A DNA stretch of 64,000 bases, taken from contig OZ316892.1 in NCBI GenBank assembly GCA_973895155.1, positions 18,280,357-18,344,356 on the forward strand. Reading direction: 5' to 3'. Below are positions 12,701-24,625 of the stretch, in pieces. Each line of letters opens with the position of its first letter. Position 1 is the stretch's first letter. The position numbers were made by a program, and so were the translations under genes. The notes under the pieces were generated by a model. The model saw only the letters and a program-made list of their open reading frames with translations, was not told the origin of the DNA and did not search any database. The DNA comes from Marsupella aquatica (lineage: Eukaryota > Plantae > Marchantiophyta).

Positions 12701-14188
12701 CCAAGAACAAAAGGTAAAACAATAAACTTAAAACCACATTATGTTTACGAGGGACTGGTGTTCAGAATAGAGACATACTTTGTCGACCCTCTTCCTTTTT
12801 CCACTTGTAGCTACTGAGAGGGGGTTCCATGTTTCTGTATTATGAGTAAGGTCAATGACTGATGCCGCGGTGTTTGCAGAGGAATCCGTTGGGCTCTTCC
12901 TCTTTCGTAAGACTCGCCTGCCTGGACTATTCGGAGCATTCGAGGTCTCAGGCCCTTTCTCGTCATCGTCTCCATCACTTTGAACCCTCAGATGCTTACT
13001 GGAACTACTCGGGAAGCCCTCCTCGTCGTCAGAGGACAGTAAAATCACCACCTCCGATTCTTCTGCAGGCTTTTTACTAACGCGTGCTTCCTGTACACAA
13101 CCATGCCATCTGGACCCTCAAGAACTGTAATGCTCGAGGCATGAAAACATTCTTTCAGCATTGATTTAGATCCCGCGAACAAAAATCGGCTCCAGGTAAT
13201 GACCCTCGGGAGTTCACCTATGCAGTCGATTAACTAGCTAGAACTTATCAATATGAAGAAACCCATACCCCGTCAATGAACGTTTCTACAAGTTTTCGCT
13301 TCTTGTGCTTCGACGATAAGCGGCATTGAACATCATCTCCATCCTCGTTGTTGTCATCGTCTACCACTTGACGATGAGAATTCCTTGGACGCTGGGGTAG
13401 ATCTGTCACAGCCGAGATGTTCTCCTCCACTTCAACTTTAGGTGTCAAGGTTTCGTTTTGCTCCAACCGCTTCTTCAGACCTGGAGCCAAAAGAGAACTC
13501 AACTTCCCTGCTTTCTGCGTGTCACCGAAGATACAGTAAGTTGACTATGATGTCTCGGATTTCATGATAAGAACAAAGCACCATTTTTCCGAACATAAAT
13601 ACAGAGAATAAACAAGCGTCTTACCTTCTTCTTTGTCTGCCCACAGTTGAGACAGATCTTCCTCAATATTGCGATAAGTTTCCCTACATGATGGGGATGA
13701 AAGATTGGCGTCGTAAGGTTGCAGTGGGCAAAATGTCCTGCAATGTGGTAATGCCAGCCACCACACAACAACGTCAAATAAGTACAAAGGATTTTCAATG
13801 CTTCATTTGACACAAAGTAGTTGGGAAAACCTCATTTCCCAAAAATAGAGTTTAGTGATATACCCTGGCATTGATCGACTGTTTCGCCATTGCACGTCCC
13901 ACAAGGTCCCTTTGCAATTGGCTGCCCGAGTTTGGGATCATCGAGATCTTTCGTTTTTGTCAAAGGATTATCGGTCGCGTAAACCGAAAGCTTATACTGC
14001 AATACAATTCAAGAAAGGAAAACCTCTTCAGTTTAATGACAGAGACGGCAGAAGGAATGCAGGAAGCTCGACAAGAAAATCCAGGAAGGTCCTCTTACAA
14101 CATCGTCAGCTGTCATAAGCCCAAACTGAATGCCACATATTTTCGCCAGTGGCGGCTCCCCAGCACTGGGTATAAGATCCGTCTCCAT
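3720..14188 (-). CDS. Plant-specific RNA polymerase IV/V largest subunit (NRPD1/NRPE1 family), multi-exon, with GW/WG-rich CTD and terminal DeCL (DUF3223) domain
   Basis: Start METDLIPSAGEPPLAKICGIQFGL (14188-14099). Zn motifs CGTC..QCQGHF and CLNC..CKYC. Large exon 8948-10828 contains VNRPPSLH, metal-A site HGDFDGDCLH, a divergent bridge helix AEPGELFKKL and trigger-loop region PGEAVGILAATAIAQPAYQ. Later exons give GKRVPVGTG, the CTD (4579-5837) and DeCL (4108-4222 QHHPSCAAKVGCGVDYFK; 3720-3899 CFFLVRTDGTEDDFSYHKC). NRPD1 versus NRPE1 is unresolved, so no symbol is given. Confidence 0.95.
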
Positions 14189-16630
14189 TTTCGAAAGATA
14201 GCTTCAATGATAGCTGTTGCGGATGCTATAGCTGTAACACTACAACGGGAAAACGGGTCAGCTTCATAAACTAGCTAGAGAGTTCGAAGAACACTGAGCA
14301 AAAAAATCTTGGTCTGACTCTGTTCAAATACCACACACAGCCTCCCACGGCCTTATTAAACCCTACCGGCCTCAATGCGGAAGCACGCGTACTACTATTG
14401 CGAGATATCGAGATGGTAACTATTGCGAGTTGGCATTATATGAAGGATGGCACCAAAACCGGATACCGCAGGTATGTTCAGTGTTTGACAGGAATACCGA
14501 TTGCTTCGAGGATGATGGTAACCTTCATACGCAGGACCGCTTTTATCTGACACTGGCTTCTTGGAAATATCCCCCTAGCCTTATGTACACGAAGTTGATC
14601 TCGAAAGCAGCAGACAATGGTGCATAGACATACTTCGATTGTATTCTGGTGTCTTTAAACTTGCGGCCATGTTTATTCAAATTGTAAACCGGCTCAAAAT
14701 CTGGCTAGGACACCGAGAAACAGAACACAGAATTCCATCATCTATTCCGGAATGCCCTCTCCTTCCCGAAAAGAGCTCTAACTTCCTGACCGAAAAGATC
14801 TCCAACTTCCTGAATAGAGTACCTCAGAGTCCATGACAACCGTTCGTTCAGCAAAGAACACTGGGTGCCTTCTCGTCCGCTACTGACATGAACCAAACGG
14901 CTAAAGATAACGCGAAGACTTCGAATTCCCTACCCCTGCAACAACAACGAAGCTTTCCACACTCGCCAGTGACATCCGCAGCTGTAGTCACCACTCAAAA
15001 AGGTCCGAGTAGAATCATTGAACATCGACTAGTGACCGCGCATTAGAATTGCAAACCAACTTAGACTCCAATTCCGGAAAGAAATATGAAAACAGCAGAT
15101 GGCATCAAGTCCATAACTTACCGGACGCCTGAAAAAATTCCTCCCTGCCTCATCTCGAGCTAGACGCGACACTGCAGTAGCTCGCATTGTACGAGCTTGA
15201 TCGGCCAAGTCGAATTTCCCCACTTCTCTGCTCGTACTCCATTCTCTAATCGAGCAATCGCAAATCTCCCAGGCGAAGCTCCTCGTAAAGATTGGCGAGC
15301 TGGCTCCTCGGAGTTCAGTGCAATTTTCCCTCCAAAGATTTTCGTGACAGATCCGAGTCAAGACAGTGCAAGATCACGTCCCGGAACCGCGAGCGTGTGA
15401 ACTGCAGAGTTCAACCGGAATCAACCGAACCGCTCTATGTGACTTTCTATCTTAGAAGGTTTCTATCCAGCTGCCATCCCCGTCCTCGCCTTCTCCTGCC
15501 ACCCTCTTGTCTGCTCTACGATTTTGATATTAGTTTCTTGCCAGGCAAAATGAAGGCCAATTGATCAATCGGGCTCATATTCCAACGCAAGAATCCAACA
15601 ACCACAACCTCATCAAGGAAAAGCATCAAAATTTCTACGTCATAAAGGGATCGCCGCCAATGTCGCCTCACTCTACACTAGCCTTGTCCTCATTGGGTCT
15701 CAACGTAGTTCTTAAAACTACAGTAGCTCGACCGGTCCTGCAAACTACCGTAGACCCGAGTCTGACACTAATCCAAAGCAATCACTACTATTGGAGTCTT
15801 GGTTATAGTTTAGTGTCAGGAGCCGAATACGATCGAGCGCGCCAAAAGTCGACGGTCTACAGCAACGGTGGTATACAGTGAACAATGTTGAAGAATATTG
15901 CTGCAGTAATTTTCTGCTCGAGCACAAGATGCGAGGAGCCGATGCGAGGAGCGAGGATGAGACGTGATGCTCTCTAGCCGATTGTGGGAGAAGAAGTGCG
16001 AAAATTGTAGCAATCGAATCTTGAAGGCTTCTCTAGGAAATTGGAGTGCCCGAAATGGGCAACATGAAAGCAACTCTCTCAAAGATCACGCAGCTCTTCT
16101 TCAATCTACCTTCAATGCGGTCCACCAACTGCTTCACATGCATCCACTTGCCACTCTACCACAACAAATCATATCCTGAGATGCCAAGGTCAAGGCCAAG
16201 ACTCACATTCAAAGCGAAAGACACCACGCGCTGCATGGGGGCGGGGAAGAAAGGACTCAACACGAACACGACGAGAACATTTCTCCAATGCCCCACGGCC
16301 TCAACGACGTTCGCCTGGCGCCCCGCAGCAAACGATTTTTTGGGGGAAAGAATTTCAGCCACGACCCTGAGACGAACGACGCATGGACAGCGAAAGGATT
16401 GGCATTGAGTTACACCAGCTCAAAATTTGTGCGAGAAGCTCGAAGCAAGATCGAGCTCAATGTCGCACGAGTGTCTACACTCTCTCTCTCTCTCTCTTAG
16501 TCTCTCTGCTTGCTGACGAGCAAAGAGCGATGGGGCGTGATCAGGCGACGGTCGGCTCGACGGCGGGCAACGGCAACCGCAGCTCCTCCACTCTTGGGGA
16601 ACCATGGTTAGAGCACTTTCCTCACGACGG

Positions 16631-16896
16631 CAGTGAACGGCGGCAGGTCGACTGTACATGGACTTTTACCCCGACGGTCGTGGTTGGGGACAACGTTCGT
16701 CAAAAGCGAAAGTAAAAAAGTGTACTCTATCTGCTGCGGCACTTTTCGGGAACACGGTCCATAGTAGATTAGTAGTGGAGCGTTTTGCGAGCGACAGCAG
16801 TGAACGGCGTAGGTCGACTCTACGTCGACTTTGACCCCCGACGGTCTGTTTGGAGAGAATGGTACTGAAAAGTAAAACTTAAAAGTGAACTCTATC
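16631..16896. repeat. Degenerate direct repeat (~100 bp shared, ~167-bp period)
   Basis: cagtgaacggc..aggtcgact.tac...gactt...accccgacggtc...aaaagtg.actctatc at ~16631-16730 and ~16798-16896. Confidence 0.7.
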
Positions 16897-19800
16897 CTAA
16901 TGCGAAGTTAGAGCCATGGTGGACCCAGCCACTCAGCCATGCAATAACTTGACTCATTTTACAGTCATGCGTCTAAGAAAGAAATGTTAAACTGATTTGT
17001 TAACTGAGCTGACGATATCTTCAAACTCATTGGTCTGGCAACAGTAAAAATTGATGAGTATGGACCCAACACGGGTTTCAATGGTGGCAAATGGCAAGGA
17101 TTTTTTAAAAAACTAGCCCAAGTTATTGGCCAGCCCATTCTTAAAGTAGGTCTTTAGCAAATATTTGACCCCCAAAATGTTTTTCCTAGAAAACAAAGCA
17201 AAAAGTAAAAATAAAGAACCACTAGTGGTGGGGTGGCTTTTTCAGAAGGACTGGTTCACCCCTGATTCTTTCTCTCCTCCCCTATAGGATCCCCATTTGT
17301 GCGGAGGGCATCCAGGTCTAGGGGGTCCTATAGGGGGGGGTGGGGGCTGGAATCTTTTTTTACGTGAGTTTGTGCCGGCTACAATATCCTAGGATGTTCT
17401 TTATATTGACCAGGTGGTGAAGTAAAAATTGTCTTCATGAGGTTGATCCAGTGCTTTGTCCAGTGCCCATTGTAACTTCTTGTACCTTCTTCGGACCGTG
17501 TCGCCCAATTCTTTGTTTCTACTCTTGCACTCATCATTTGACACCATTCTGATGGGACCTTTGGACAACTTATTGGCCCTGGAACCCTTGACAAATAGAA
17601 TGGTTCTTTTGTAGCTAGGCAGATCATGTTCACAATTTCACAGGAACATAATCATAATAACCTCTTAGTAGCAAAGAAAATTGTGATTATAGACACTTCA
17701 TATATCAACCACTAATGATAACTGCCAATCATGAAAACTCTATGAATAAAGTCCATCAAATGCTAATTTTACCCGAACAACAGGAATGGGACTCCAATTG
17801 GTGCATAAGATGGAGCCGCCATGGATGTATAATTTGTTCTGCCTCCATGAAGTTGAAGTAAAAGTCTGTTGTTGATTATCCTCATTATTAGTACTGTATA
17901 GGACCTTCTCTAGTCAGAGTCTGAACAAAGTAATCATCATGAGAATAGTCAGTTCGAGGAAGTACTCAAATCATCATTCATTTATTCTGGGCACTTTCAA
18001 CTACATCACATTACATATTTACTTTGCTTTACATTACTGTAGAGTCATCTTGTCATCACGTTTGAATTGTTGCAAGTGAATGACGAGGGCTGTCCTAGTC
18101 TGCGGCCAACGAAATACCGGTACCACCGTACTTCTTATACGGTTACTGTAGTCCACTACACAGGTACAAAATTATGAGGTTTTTCAGTACTGTACTTGCT
18201 GTACTCAACCGATACCATACGGCGTGAGTCATCCCCACGAGTGAATAAATCATTCTGAGGACCAGTTGCGTTTTACCGTTGATGGCTTTAGATTTACGGC
18301 CCGCCTTAGCCAACGAGTGAAACCGAGAAAAACCATGTATTATAGAGGGATTTCCTTTACGCATTGGGGACATTTTACAAGACCACTCAAACAATTTGAG
18401 GCACCCACCTTAAGATGTCAGAATATATCAACCATTCCAAAACCAATTTGAATTTTGGTGAGGATCTTGTGAGCTAAACATCCCGACATGGCTAAGCGGA
18501 GAAAATTTTGGACCTCCAATAGCGGTGTTTCAAAGTTTTGGCACAAAGTTCTCTCCTTAATGGTTCCAACTGGGTAATCACTCAATTGTAGTTAGGCTTG
18601 GGATTCCCAAACTCTAAAGTGCTTCCATTTGCAAAGAGAAATGCAGCCCCTCATTTTTGTTTTTGATGCTCAGATTGAATGGATCAACAAACCTTTGTTA
18701 AATATCAGCCACCCTTGTCTTGTACAGTCCCACTAAGTTGCAACATGTTTTTTCTCAAAGGGGAAACCTCCATTAGCAAGCCACAATTTAATTGGAGTTA
18801 AATCATGGAAAAGTACGGTTGGTGCTGAAACATAGGAGTTGAAGGAATGTAGTGATGGTGACAGACGAAGAGACAGTGAAGGAGTGTGGATGAGGAGGCC
18901 CAATCACCAAAATAGGCTCCTCACTCTTCACAAATGATAGCGGTGATCTCATCGATTGGTGGATGTGGATTTTGAAGGTCCATCCTTGGATGATCACTCA
19001 CTCAGGAAATTGATTAATCCACATCATCCAATCATCAAGTAAATCGCAGGATAGTAGATTCTATGTTGTAATGTTGATTGACTTGGCTCCTTTAATTGAT
19101 ATTAAGTCTTTCATCACAATAGAGCAATAGTAGCAAACTACAGTCTTCACCCAAAACCTAAGGCTCAGTTGTGGTAATTTATTTTCAAAGAATAGGTTTT
19201 ATTAGAAAAATGCAACTAATTTTGCAGGAATATTCCCATTTGTAACAGGGTGCTCAACTCAGGAAAGGGCTTGTTAAATCAGGAAGCTCCATTCTGAGGT
19301 CCTTTCAACAGGTTGCTTTTGGTCGTGAGTTTCCCAAGGTTGCCAATTAGACCGGGGTTGCCAATGTTAAATGGAACTGAAAAGATCCAATTCGCATAAC
19401 TGTTGAAGATAGACTCCAGCAGTTTCCCCTACCTATTCCGGGGTGGTAAGTCAAAGCCTTCCAGGTGCTGCGAGCTGAAGCCTGGGGGCCCTATTGTCTA
19501 AGCAGATGCAAAGGTAGAATCCTTGTTTCACTTTCTTAAGCTCTTTCAAGCGCGAGGCGAGGGAAGGGCTCAGACAAACCTGAACCAAAGCTTGTCCTTG
19601 CCATTTCAACTTTTATCAAAATCATGTGGGGAGTGGGGAGTGGGGAGTGGAGGGTGGGGAGGAGATAGGAATTTAATAGATAGGAGGGAGGAGGGAGAGA
19701 AAGTAAAGGGGGGGGAACGTAGGGGACAGAGAGAATCAATTATCTAATTATCTATTACAGGCCAAGGGGCAAGAGAATTTGAGGGAGGTGGCAGATAAGT

Positions 19801-20106
19801 TCAAATCATTTTCCTTCCCCAGCTTCCAATTTTCTGTACTCTAACATTTTTTCAATGCTGAATTCCTCTCGAAATACTTCCTTGTCCATAGTACACTACC
19901 ATATACACTAATGTGTGACAGGACAGGCCAATTCAATATATCCCATTCCATATCTTCTAATTCTCGATTCAGTGAAATCTACTCCACAATGTTCACAAAA
20001 TTTTATATTATCTTTCCCATTTTCAATTCCTCCATATTTTCCGCAAATGCAAACTCCACTTACCCATGTGCACAAGAGGTCGTAGGTTCAATTCCTAGCC
20101 AGTCCT

Positions 20107-20190
20107 GTTCTGGAAATCCATGTTGTTCTTGAAAGTTCCCCGCACATCTTCTTATTAGCCGGTCGATGTTCTTGAAAGTTCCAAGGCTTC
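20107..20190. promoter_or_regulatory. Cluster of heat-shock elements: two perfect three-unit HSEs
   Basis: gTTCttGAAagTTCc at 20125-20139 and 20168-20182, plus gTTCtgGAAa at 20107-20116. About 1.2 kb upstream of the HSA32-like ATG. Confidence 0.55.
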
Positions 20191-21354
20191 CTCCTCCGTG
20201 ACGCCCATGAGCCCATCGGATTCAACCAATGGATGAAGGAAACGAATTGATGAAGAAACCTCGATTGGGTTGGTACGCATTCCTGCAGGGTCGTAGCAGA
20301 GGAAATCAGCGCACACTAGCTCGGTCGATCCAGAGAATTCGATGTGGCCCGGGTAGTTCAGAAAACACGTGATAGTCTCGTTCGTGGCAGCGCCACTTGG
20401 CGTCCTTTTCGACGGGGGGAGAGCAGAATTGGAGTCTGTCTTCAGCCGAGGATTGCAATATTGCATGCTTCGGCGATCACTGATGAGGTGAGGGAACGAG
20501 TGTGTGATCACTCGGTGCGGAGCAGTAAGGTGTGCGGAACGACTGGTGGCGGAACGATTCTCGGATTTGCGCCTAGGCCAGAAGCAGCAGGTGAAGCATC
20601 CGTTTACTTGAATTGAAATGCAGTTTGGCTCTCGCATCAAGCGACATCTCCTCCTGTGTTCTTGTTGTGAAAGTTTGGCTATCGCATCCTCCTGTGTTCT
20701 TGTTGTGACAATTTTGTCGAAGCGAATGAGAGAGAGGGAGGGGCGACTGTTGTGCTTCTGAAGTGCGAAATTCGATTGATGTAAGTTTGACGTGGCCAGA
20801 TCGAGGTAAAGGTCAAAGACAAGTAGTGTGCCAAGAACGTCTTGCTATCTTTGAAAAGAAAATCCGACGATAAGCATATAATTATCTTGAAAATTTGCTC
20901 TAGACAAGTGGGAAGAAGGTACTTACAGTTTCGTACTACAATAAGCGATTATTGAAATCCTGTGTATCGCGTGAGAGAAGCTTTCAAGGGAAAAGGAACT
21001 CAATTTGCCTATGAAATTCCCTGTGAAGATATTTAGAAGTATAGCACAGAAAGAAAATTTTGACCGAGTCTTACGGATAGCAACGGTGAAATAATCTGAA
21101 AGCTTAGCGAGTGAAACCAGCTTCGAGAAAGGGATAGAGAATGAACCAGATCGAAACGAACAAGTACGGTTCAGGGCAGAGAGGACGAAGTTGCCGAGGG
21201 ATTCGAGTAGAGTTTGCGAGAAACATATTTTTCTCAATTCTGTGTGAGCAACGATCAGCGATGATCTCGTCGGGGGACACGATCTGGAGGTGGATTCCTC
21301 GACTCGGTGAGAGATTATGAAAACTTCGACGTCGTGTCTTCATGTGCAGCACTC

Positions 21355-23617
21355 ATGGATCGATTGGGGCGAAGCTATACCTTTCCGGCTTCCTATCAGG
21401 AAATGCAGAAGAAGACGCCGCGGTCACGTTTGCAGGGAGTGACAGAAATTCGCGGACCATACTACTCTGTTATGGGGCCAACGTACTTGGAGGTACTTCG
21501 TTCCTTCATGCTTACATTTGCCTTCATGCAAGCAATCTCAACCTCTCCTGGAGAAAATGTCAGCTCAATTGAGATCAACATTTCGTGTTGCTCGGTCTAG
21601 CGCAATATGTCTAGGTTTTCCCTTGTCCTAAATGCATACACTCCTTCTACTCGCTTGCTTATAGAACTCGAAGCAGAGTAGTCAATTTAATATTCTACTG
21701 CTAGTGGAGCGGAAGATTTTCATCGTTCTCTCTTCACGAGCTCCAATGGAGTTAGTGAGGTCTTGTAGGGCTTGATCGGACCTGTATCTCGTTTGAGGGG
21801 ACATGTGTGGTTCTTTTCGGCCTATCGTAGGATGAGCAATTGCATTTGAATTTGACTATTAGTGGCCAAAGCAAATTCCATTCAATTGTCACGGATGTTA
21901 TCTTAATTTCATGTAGGCGTTTATGTGTTCAACTACCGCAATATGATAACTGCCAAAATAAAAGTATACACGATGTTGGGAAAGTCTCCACGCATTTAAT
22001 TTCATCGCCTTCCTGCAGGACATTCTGGAGGCTCAAGGACACTTCGTAGATGGGCTTAAGTTTGCTGGAGGGTCACTAACCCTGATGCCAAGAGAAAAAG
22101 TCAAGCTGATAACTGCATTGGCCCATAAACATGGCATTTATGTCAATACTGGAGGATGGGCAGACCAGATGCTCGCCAAAGGGCCGCGTTTCTTTAATCA
22201 ATATGTGAGAGTAGGTGCCCCACTATTCCCCAAATTTATCTCTGTTGATGAGCTTCTATATAATATTTATAATCATGCTATCCACAGGGAACACTCACTC
22301 AGCAGCTCTTCGAACTACTAAAAACACTAGAAGGTTCTAACCTGACTTTCTTTTCCATACAAGTTCTTTAAGGATCTTGTGATCTTTCGACCACACCAAT
22401 TTGCTGCTGGCATTTCGTGTGGATCACCTGTCTTCAGATTCTACTGCCTGGTTAAAGAAAGTCTATCTGATAGCTTTGGGTACATTTGGCACTCGCAAAT
22501 GCGAACCCCTCACTACTGAGAGTCCTTTTCTTTTGTGCAGGAATGCAAAGACCTTGGATTTGACATCGTTGAGCTGAGTAACGAGTTTCTACAATTCCGA
22601 GAAGATGATTTGATGCGACTGATACGTACTGTGAAAAATGCTGGCCTGAAGGCGAAACCTGAAATTCTCTTTGAACCAGGTCGTGGCACTACCAATGAGC
22701 ACTGCGATAGAGGTAATTTTACATAGTCTATCCAAAACTTGACCACTGACATCTTGGATCAGTTCCGGACAATTATTAGGTGGCATGTAGACGACTAATG
22801 GCATGCCTAGGTCATCTACATGAAGTTTCAATTAGGAGAGGTTTGTGCTTTCTTACTTCTGACTTACTAGGGAGCCTTAATCAAGGATTCTTCTGACTCC
22901 CATTTTGGAACTTGCGCCCATACACAGGAGACTGACGTAAGAATAAAATAGTCTGGATTTACGGCAACCCTCTCCCTGAAATTTTGTTGAGGTGACTGTC
23001 TGTTATGTGCATGATTGATGAATCACTGACAAACTCTTTTATGGTGGCAGAAAAACATGAGGATCTTGAGTTACTGATGAAGCGAGCCGAGAGGTGCTTG
23101 GAAGCTGGAGCGTACATGATTTTGATTGAATCAGATGGCTTAACTCGGAATGTGCCTTCATGGCGTACAGATGTGCTGGCTGCAATAGTTGGTCGGCTTG
23201 GTCTTGAGAGGACAATGTTCGAGGCAAATGAGCCCAATGTCTCCGAATGGTTCATCAGGAACTACGGATCCAAGGTAATTAGCTGTGAGGTCAATTAAGG
23301 TCTCATGAAATTCATGCGACCATGAGTACAATCAAAACTGGCTTGCCACTCTGGCCTTCATTGGAGTTTTGCTGTCCGAAATTTCTATTTCTTTTTCATT
23401 CATATTGATTTTGGTTGCTTCATAGTACTTACTGCAAAACTTAACTGGTGCAAATCTCTGTTCCTCCTAAAATTGCAACTCGACTGTGTTCACTGAAACT
23501 GTACTTTGTTTCTTGCAGGTCAATCTTTACGTAAACCATTCTGATGCTGGACACCTAGAAGGCCTCCGTTCAGAGGCAGTTCAGAGTGGCCGTATCCAAA
23601 CTACTTTCTCGATATAA
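21355..23617 (+). CDS. HSA32: Heat-stress-associated 32 kDa protein / phosphosulfolactate synthase (ComA)-like; exons 21355-21492, 22019-22210, 22541-22712, 23051-23274, 23519-23617
   Basis: The spliced product contains GVTEIRGPYYSVMG, FVDGLKFAGGS, AHKHGIYVNTGGWA, ECKDLGFDIVEL, RAERCLEAGAYMILIESDG, RLGLERTMFEA and FIRNYGSKVNLYV, matching the HSA32/ComA family. All introns are GT-AG and in phase. Confidence 0.93.
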
Positions 23618-23751
23618 AATGTGGCCTTCGAATTGACTGAAGTTGGAGGTATTTAACGTTGATCCTTGCTTTGGTTTGGCTACAGTGAAGTTCAGGCTTG
23701 AGAGTCGGCAAGTGACCCTGTGTGCCTTAGTTGGTGTGCCCATAATCTGTC

Positions 23752-23876
23752 AGAACGGGATGTGGCCTTATGCGCAAGAATTGCTGAATGTGGCTACCCT
23801 CGTCTGTGGTAAGAACGGGATGTGGCCTTATGCGCAAGAATTGCTGAATGTGGCTACCCTCGTCTGTGGTAAGAAC
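23752..23876. repeat. Exact 60-bp tandem duplication downstream of the HSA32 stop
   Basis: agaacgggatgtggccttatgcgcaagaattgctgaatgtggctaccctcgtctgtggta occurs twice consecutively. Confidence 0.95.
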
Positions 23877-24124
23877 TCGAGTGAGGACCAACTCCCTGAA
23901 GCTGGCTAATGATCTCGCATCTTCTAAAGAGGAATGCCGTTTAGGTAGAACCAAAGCAAAAGAAATAACGCTGCAGTAGTCAGCTTCGATCCATGCGCTT
24001 ATAGCTCTGAAGTTATAGGCACTTCATACCCGGGAAGAATACTTTCCTTTGAGTCGTCAGATGGCCCTTTTATATTTCAAGCTTCAGAGATCTGTTCTGT
24101 AAGTCAAAAGAACAAGACTACTAT

Positions 24125-24625
24125 AAGGGTTACTGTAAGATTTCAGTTCAATGTACAGCTGATATGAATAACCTTTCTGAAGCTTGAGGAAGTCAAGAAT
24201 GATTCCCATTGCAACAGTCAAATATGAGTGTGAGCTTGCCGTACGTCAAGGCCAAGATTACTTTGAAAGTTACTGTAAGATTTCAGTTTAGATTGCAGCT
24301 GATATGAATAAAACTTTCCGGAGGTTGGAAACCGAGAGAATGACTCCCATTGGCACAAGTAAAATCTGCGTGGGAGATTGATGCATGGACCACTGGAATC
24401 ATTTGAGAAAAGTTGTAACGAAGTATATAATGAGAATGGGCACCATGTTGAATTCTTTGTGACAGTGGTAGACAGTGTACAGTGAACGTGTCAAATATGA
24501 GTGTGAGGTCGACGCATGGACCTCTGAAATCGTTTGACAAAAGTTACAACAAACTAAAATAATCAGAATGTCCACCATGTTGAATTCTTTATGAGAGTGG
24601 AAGACAGTATACAGTGTGAAAACAG
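24125..24625. repeat. Degenerate ~130-140-bp duplications overlapping the 3' end of the kinase-like gene
   Basis: gttactgtaagatttcagtt at ~24129 and ~24269; caccatgttgaattcttt.tga.agtgg.agacagt.tacagtg at ~24441 and ~24573; gtcaaatatgagtgtgag occurs twice. Confidence 0.75.

Noticed and set aside
15029-16715. Many overlapping 60-120-aa ORFs upstream of the polymerase gene
   Set aside because: GC-richer promoter/5'UTR-type sequence with no protein motifs or consistent splice pattern.
20068-20102. Possible tRNA gene
   Set aside because: Only a T-arm/B-box-like segment is present, with no A box, D arm or acceptor stem.
20155-20640. 161-aa minus-strand ORF divergent from HSA32
   Set aside because: No recognisable domain or supported exon structure; could be non-coding.
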